DNA of 14,080 bases from Pseudobacteriovorax sp. (lineage in GTDB: Bacteria > Bdellovibrionota_B > Oligoflexia > Oligoflexales > Oligoflexaceae). The notes beneath the pieces are model-generated. The model was not told the origin of the DNA, did no database searches, and saw only the letters and a list, made by a program, of their open reading frames with translations. The stretch covers positions 5,161 to 19,240 of the forward strand of contig JBNKNM010000099.1 in assembly GCA_050293845.1 (NCBI GenBank), read 5' to 3'. This document shows positions 9,404 through 14,080 of the stretch, in pieces. The position numbers and the translations under genes are program-made. The first letter of the stretch is position 1; every line of letters starts with the position of its first letter.

Positions 9404-9853
9404 ATGGGAATCAAAATAATTAGCAAGAACCGTAAAGCGTTTCATAACTTTGAAATCGGCGACAAATGGGAGGCTGGAATTGAGCTTCTTGGTACTGAAG
9501 TCAAAGCTTTACGGGCAGCAAAAGTCAACTTAGGAGACGGCTGGATCGATATCACCAAAGATGGGGAGGCCATTATGAAAGAGGTACATATTGGCCACTA
9601 TAACTTTGGCAACCGCATGAACCATGAGGAACGTCGCGACCGTCGGCTGTTGCTCCACAAAAGGGAAATCAACAAGCTGAATCGCGCCATATTAGAAAAG
9701 GGCTTCAGTGTAGTCCCGATTAAAGTTTACTTCAAAGGACGCTATATCAAAGTAGAGATCGCCCTCGGTAAAGGAAAAAAATCCTACGATAAACGGGAAT
9801 CGGATAAAAAGAAAACAGCCAACCGCGAGATTGAGAGAGCCCTCAAACGATGA
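9404..9853 (+). CDS. smpB: SsrA-binding protein SmpB
   Basis: NRKAFHNF, EAGIELLGTEVKALR, RRLLLHKREI and GKGKKSYDKRE. Confidence 0.98.
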   Translation: MGIKIISKNRKAFHNFEIGDKWEAGIELLGTEVKALRAAKVNLGDGWIDITKDGEAIMKEVHIGHYNFGNRMNHEERRDRRLLLHKREINKLNRAILEKGFSVVPIKVYFKGRYIKVEIALGKGKKSYDKRESDKKKTANREIERALKR

Positions 9854-11008
9854 CTATTTGAGGTGGATTTGATCCACCCGGTCCTCTTTCATGTGGTAGA
9901 GCGAGACTGTCCCAAAACTGTCATCGGTTATATTTTTAGTAATGACAATAGCCCACGGGCTATGGGGCAGAAGCTCAAGAAGCGCCACATATTCCCCTTG
10001 CGGGGCCTTAATACGCCTAATTCCTTGACCTGTCCCCCCATGAACTATTTCAGCATCACGCCAGTCTCTGGCGATCTCCTGGTGGCGGCCGGATAGAAGT
10101 CCTACTCCTGTTTCGAAATCAACGGACAGCCGCACTTTCTCTATAGGAATCACCGAACTTTTAAAACTGAACTGAGCCTTTTCATTTCCAGTCCAGCCTC
10201 TTACAGCATTCACTTTTATCAACTGATTTTCAGGATCGAGATAGGCCACAGCAAACTTTTCTTGCTGTTGAATAATACGCATCCCTTTAGCCAGTCTGAG
10301 CTCTCCTTTGAGTTGATTTTTTTTGCTGAGATCAAATCTTTTCAAAATTCCGTTTCTATCGCGATCAAAGTGAATCGACTCGTTACTATTCAGATCCAAA
10401 TAAAGGGGAATTCCAGTATCCGGAAGGGTTGCGAGCAAACGACGCTGCATACTGCGCAAATCGAAAATGCGGACTCCATTATCATTACGGTCCACAAGCT
10501 CATGCCCGGTGGATGCGCGGAGAATCTTATAGCGGCTTGGTATAAAGCTTTTTACGACCTCCTGTTTGCCAGTCCACCTGACTCCTACTCCTGACGACAC
10601 CCCCTGGCCACAAGCAAAGCTAGCCTTTTTAAAGTTCAAAACTGTCACCGCTTCCGTGGGTTCACGATCCGCTATTAGACTAGCTGTATCGCTTACTTTC
10701 AGCAAGAGTCGCTTCTTAATAGTCCGATCTTTCAAATGAAGTTCCATAACATAGGAGCGAGCCTTTTCCCCCGTAGGTAGGGTTTTATTTTTCCCAAAAA
10801 AGTAAATCGTTTTTGCAAATGGATTGTATCCGATATAGCCATGCTCAGGGTTAAGATGATACTGATGGCAGTCACCATCAGGGTCCTGGAACTGGGGGAT
10901 CTTATACTTGACGCCAGGACCTGGGTCTTTACCACGGGGGAGCGCCCCCTCTTCAGCAGCGTGCACCAAGTAAGGAGAGAGCAAAAAAATCCAAAAAAAT
11001 ACCTTCAC
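9854..11008 (-). CDS. Secreted hypothetical protein, beta-rich
   Basis: 384-aa ORF; GTG start with AGGAGGGG RBS upstream; signal peptide ending VHA-A; no recognisable catalytic motif. Confidence 0.75.
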   Translation of the reverse strand: MKVFFWIFLLSPYLVHAAEEGALPRGKDPGPGVKYKIPQFQDPDGDCHQYHLNPEHGYIGYNPFAKTIYFFGKNKTLPTGEKARSYVMELHLKDRTIKKRLLLKVSDTASLIADREPTEAVTVLNFKKASFACGQGVSSGVGVRWTGKQEVVKSFIPSRYKILRASTGHELVDRNDNGVRIFDLRSMQRRLLATLPDTGIPLYLDLNSNESIHFDRDRNGILKRFDLSKKNQLKGELRLAKGMRIIQQQEKFAVAYLDPENQLIKVNAVRGWTGNEKAQFSFKSSVIPIEKVRLSVDFETGVGLLSGRHQEIARDWRDAEIVHGGTGQGIRRIKAPQGEYVALLELLPHSPWAIVITKNITDDSFGTVSLYHMKEDRVDQIHLK

Positions 11009-11105
11009 TGATGTCCCCTCCTATAGCCCGGATGTGAAGATCACCCCCTACTCTGTACGACTCCAGAGAAAAGCCACCTTTAGGGACGCTGTAGACTCTA
11101 CAAAA

Positions 11106-12095
11106 TTAATGTCCTAATTGATCCTCGGTGACAAATTTCATGATGCGACAGATTTCTTTGGGACGTTGGGAGCCTGAACTATCTCTCAAATACTTTGGAA
11201 ACAGAACAGGCCCAGAACAGGGGGCGATAATATCTTTACCATTATTGCCAATACCCAAACGCTGATCTTTTTCAACCCACTTAAAATTATACCATCCTTC
11301 GTCGAGCCTCGCCTCTTCTCCGTCAGGATAGGGAATCACTTCAGCCCAAGTTAAAATTTCTGGCTCTAGCTCTGATACCGTGAGTTCTTGACCTGTGATC
11401 TCCTTATTGACGCTGTTAAAGGCTTCCAAACATACCTTTAGACCCACACCTTCTTGGTAGGGGTGAAAGCCCTTTTTTCCCAGCTCCACCGTAATACCGA
11501 CTCCACCATATTTATTAACATATTCATCGGTACAGGCTCCATCTCGGGAAAACCCTCCGCCCCAATGTGTAACTATGGGAATATCATCAGCGAGGCTGCG
11601 AGCAAATCGATAGCATTTGGCGTTGTATGGGAATATAAAAAATGGCCTATCCGATGCTTCAATGGTCTGATGGATATCAACAAAAAATGCGGTTGTCTGC
11701 AAAACCGTTTCCAGCTCTCGGGCACGCCGATCTTCGTGCTGTGCCTGCTTATCCCTGGCAAAAGAGCGGTTAAGATCTCTTTCCAGATATCGTTTTTCCT
11801 CAAGGGAAGCCCATGGATTCCCTAATGCCAGCACAAAGGAAAAGTTAGGCTGCCACATACCACTGGCCAATAATTCAAGCAATCTATTCAGTACCCGAAT
11901 TCCTCCTACTTCATTGCCATGGGTAACAGCCATTACTGTTAGAGCAAGCTCTTTCCCAGGAATCTTCTCAGGTCTTCGATTCTTCGGGCTCAAGCGATAC
12001 ACATAGGGGCAAAGATTATCGACTAGGAATGGTAATCTTTGGGATTCCAGAACCTGAGTAAATAATTGAATTTGCTTTTTTATATTTGCTTTCAT
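11106..12095 (-). CDS. Succinylglutamate desuccinylase/aspartoacylase (AstE/AspA, M14) family zinc hydrolase
   Basis: THGNE, LGNP, DLNRSF, VDIH and ITVELG motifs. Start placed at the ATG at 12095; the ORF track extends to 12167. Confidence 0.88.
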   Translation of the reverse strand: MKANIKKQIQLFTQVLESQRLPFLVDNLCPYVYRLSPKNRRPEKIPGKELALTVMAVTHGNEVGGIRVLNRLLELLASGMWQPNFSFVLALGNPWASLEEKRYLERDLNRSFARDKQAQHEDRRARELETVLQTTAFFVDIHQTIEASDRPFFIFPYNAKCYRFARSLADDIPIVTHWGGGFSRDGACTDEYVNKYGGVGITVELGKKGFHPYQEGVGLKVCLEAFNSVNKEITGQELTVSELEPEILTWAEVIPYPDGEEARLDEGWYNFKWVEKDQRLGIGNNGKDIIAPCSGPVLFPKYLRDSSGSQRPKEICRIMKFVTEDQLGH

Positions 12096-12249
12096 AAGTT
12101 TATAACCCCTATGTGAAACCTGTTGACGTCCCCATGATAGAGAAGGACCAAGATTTGGCAATATCAATGTTCTCAGACAGTCCTTTGGCCTAGCTGCAAA
12201 CCATGCCAGATTATGATCATAAAACAGTAAGTTTATTAGCTTCTAGTGA

Positions 12250-12280
12250 TTGACAAGCGAGCACTTCATGGGTTTAGGAT
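12250..12280 (+). promoter_or_regulatory. Possible sigma70 promoter for the element/pfk transcript
   Basis: Perfect TTGACA at 12250-12255 and TAGGAT at 12275-12280. The 19-bp spacer is longer than optimal. Confidence 0.35.
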
Positions 12281-12290
12281 AGACACAACA

Positions 12291-12501
12291 GCTACTTACC
12301 CCCCACCTAAAGGAGGGGGCCTGTGAGGTGACTTACAAGGGAGACTAGTTGACCAGACCTCTGACAAGAAAGGATGTGCAGTACAATATGTTATTAGACG
12401 TTAACCGCAATGGAGAATTTCGCATCTACGATTCGATGCTCGCCGCAAGGCGTCTCCATTCCTCCCGGCCCTAAAGAGACCGGGTTTCTTGGAGAAATTT
12501 G
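12291..12501 (+). mobile_element. Non-autonomous miniature IS200/IS605-type element with HEARO/IscB-like ends and no nuclease or transposase ORF
   Basis: The left end has the hairpin CCCCCACC-TAAA-GGAGGGGG followed by TAGTTGACCAGACC, and 12300-12359 matches 14013-14072 at 56/60. The right end has TCTCCATTCCT-CCCGG-CCCTAAAGAGA-CCGGG-TTTCTTGGAGA, with a TAAAG-loop hairpin, followed by AATTTG and then ATGA. Confidence 0.7.
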
Positions 12502-13593
12502 ATGAAAATAGGTATCTCAACAGGGGGGGGTGATTGCCCTGGCCTAAACAGCATTATCCGAGCCGCTGTACGCTGCGCTAAAGAGCGGTTCAACTATGAA
12601 ATCTGGGGAATTAAAGATAGCTTTAATGGATTATTCGCAAAACCCTACGGAGTCTGGGAATTGGATGTCGAAAAGGTTTCGGGCATCCTCAGTCGTGGGG
12701 GAACCATTCTGGGAACGACCAATGCAGGTAATCCATTCAGTCTCAAGAATGATAATAACCAAAGGAAAAATAGTCATAACGTAAGCCAAAGTGTTGTTTC
12801 AGCTTATAAAGAGCTTGGACTTGACTGTATTATCGTAATCGGGGGAGACGGCACTCAAGGTATCGCCTACGAATTATCAAAGTTGGGGATCAATATCATT
12901 GGCATTCCCAAAACTATCGACAATGATCTTGCTTCTACCGACCAGACCGTTGGCTTTGATACCGCTGTCCAAGTAGCTGCTGATGCCATTTCTCGCTTAC
13001 AAACGACAGCGGAGTCTCACGCAAGGGTCATGATTCTTGAGGTGATGGGGAGAAATGCAGGTCATATAGCCCTTCATGCTGGCATTGCTGGAGGGGCCCA
13101 TTGCATCCTTATCCCGGAGATACCTTTTGCATATGAGGCCATCGTACAAAAAATCCATGAGCGACAACAAAGGGGGAAAAATTTTAGCGTCGTTGTCGTC
13201 GCCGAGGGCGCCTTCCCTAAAGGGGGCCAGGAAATGTTTAAGCAGGAGGTATCCGGGCGACAAAATTTAGGTGGGATTGGTCAAATGGTGGCCCAAGAGC
13301 TATATAATCGGATCAAATTAGAGACTCGTGTTACAGTATTAGGCCATATACAAAGGGGAGGAACCCCCACACATTATGATAGAATACTGGGAACTGCTTA
13401 TGGCGTTAAGGCCATTGAAATGGCGAGCCAAAAAAAATATGGCAAAATCGCTTCATTCCGCGGCGGTCGCATGGAAGAACTGGATTACAAGGCTGTCGCT
13501 GGTAAGTTTCGGCCCATTGCTGCCAACGACCTCCATTTAGAGACCGCTAAAGCGATTGGTATCTGCGTCGGTGAAGCATACACAAGGAGTTAA
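12502..13593 (+). CDS. pfkA: 6-phosphofructokinase (PfkA family, group III-like, probably ATP-dependent)
   Basis: TGGGDCPGLN, GGTILGT, IGGDGT, PKTIDND, EVMGRNAGH and LGHIQRGG. GGDG rather than GGDD suggests ATP use. ATG at 12502 with GGAG at 12491-12494; the ORF track starts at TTG 12499. Confidence 0.95.
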   Translation: MKIGISTGGGDCPGLNSIIRAAVRCAKERFNYEIWGIKDSFNGLFAKPYGVWELDVEKVSGILSRGGTILGTTNAGNPFSLKNDNNQRKNSHNVSQSVVSAYKELGLDCIIVIGGDGTQGIAYELSKLGINIIGIPKTIDNDLASTDQTVGFDTAVQVAADAISRLQTTAESHARVMILEVMGRNAGHIALHAGIAGGAHCILIPEIPFAYEAIVQKIHERQQRGKNFSVVVVAEGAFPKGGQEMFKQEVSGRQNLGGIGQMVAQELYNRIKLETRVTVLGHIQRGGTPTHYDRILGTAYGVKAIEMASQKKYGKIASFRGGRMEELDYKAVAGKFRPIAANDLHLETAKAIGICVGEAYTRS

Positions 13594-14004
13594 AGTTGCG
13601 AGCACTCTACAGCTTTAATGCGTCAGAGTATTCTTACAGACAAGTCCCGAACCAGTAGTACCTGGGCGGGCTCACAACTACCTCATTTTAACGCAGTATT
13701 AACAGCGTTTTCCATGGGGGCTCAGACGTTTTTTACGTAAAACGCGTGCTTTTTTCTTGGCGCGTAGTTTGGCCGTCTTTCTTCTATTACGGGGTGGTCT
13801 ATTTTTTTTCATGCTCTACTATCCCTACCAATTCAAAGCAATTTGTATTTTTTACTCAGCTTGTCAAACCGAAGCGAGGGGAGACTATACATGGTATACA
13901 GGATGAGAGCAAGCAATTACTTCGTCCTCCTCCTGCCCTGGAAATTTGTGAGTTTTTCTGGTTAATTATTGCATGATAACCATTTTAGCGAGGGGATACT
14001 GAGG

Positions 14005-14080
14005 GTCAATTACCCCCACCTAAAGGAGGGGGCTTGTGAGGTGACTCGCAAGGGAGACTAGTTGCCCAGACCACTAGCAA
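14005..14080 (+). mobile_element. Left end / 5' part of a HEARO-omegaRNA-like (IscB-associated IS200/IS605) element, truncated by the window edge
   Basis: Begins GTCAATTA, which can pair with TAGTTGCC at 14059-14066. This stem encloses the hairpins CCCCCACC-TAAA-GGAGGGGG and CTTGTGAG-GTGA-CTCGCAAG and is followed by CAGACC. The layout resembles HEARO/IscB omegaRNA 5' ends as I recall them. Confidence 0.7.

Noticed and set aside
9345..9900. tmRNA (ssrA) or an integration site near smpB
   Set aside because: The flanks are a 59-bp gap and a zero gap, and no tRNA-like ends or integrase are visible.
11090..11102. TGTAGA-C-TCTACA inverted repeat after the astE-like gene
   Set aside because: Too short, with no room for a loop and no U-tract on the relevant strand; compatible with chance.
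12300..12319. GC-rich hairpin as an intrinsic terminator
   Set aside because: There is no U-tract on either side, and it recurs at 14013-14032 within a longer shared module, which a transposon end explains better.
12388..12474. 28-aa ORF inside the miniature element as a pfk leader peptide or an IscB C-terminal remnant
   Set aside because: No recognisable IscB motif or attenuator signature; it cannot be supported without the parent element.
13863..13951. Possible third, highly eroded element copy (GTCAA...GGGAGACTA...CCTCCTGCCCT-GGAAATTTGTGA)
   Set aside because: Only short scattered matches with both diagnostic hairpins missing; not distinguishable from chance by eye.
13746..13976. 76-aa ORF from the track
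   Set aside because: GTG start without an RBS, and a composition reflecting T-rich intergenic DNA.

Overview
Mostly ordinary bacterial chromosome. It holds the 3' part of a very acidic, repeat-containing protein gene; an Mrp/ApbC Fe-S carrier divergent from a CGFC glutaredoxin that is coupled to a TPR/HExxH metallopeptidase; an outer-membrane beta-barrel plus lipoprotein alpha/beta-hydrolase pair; an RluA/RluD-family pseudouridine synthase divergent from smpB; a secreted hypothetical protein; an AstE/AspA (M14) hydrolase; and a 6-phosphofructokinase. The main signal lies outside the ORF track. Two related, structured repeats (12291-12367 and 14005-14080) flank pfk in the same orientation and resemble the 5' end of HEARO/omegaRNA of IscB-type IS200/IS605 elements. 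The first appears to be a complete, ORF-less ~211 bp miniature element whose right-end hairpin stops exactly at the ATGA of the pfk start codon. It supplies the pfk Shine-Dalgarno sequence and could also sequester it. The second copy runs off the window. A second notable point is a lipoprotein hydrolase with Asp in place of Ser at the apparent nucleophile elbow (GADRG). All family assignments come from motif recognition by eye; no searches were run.
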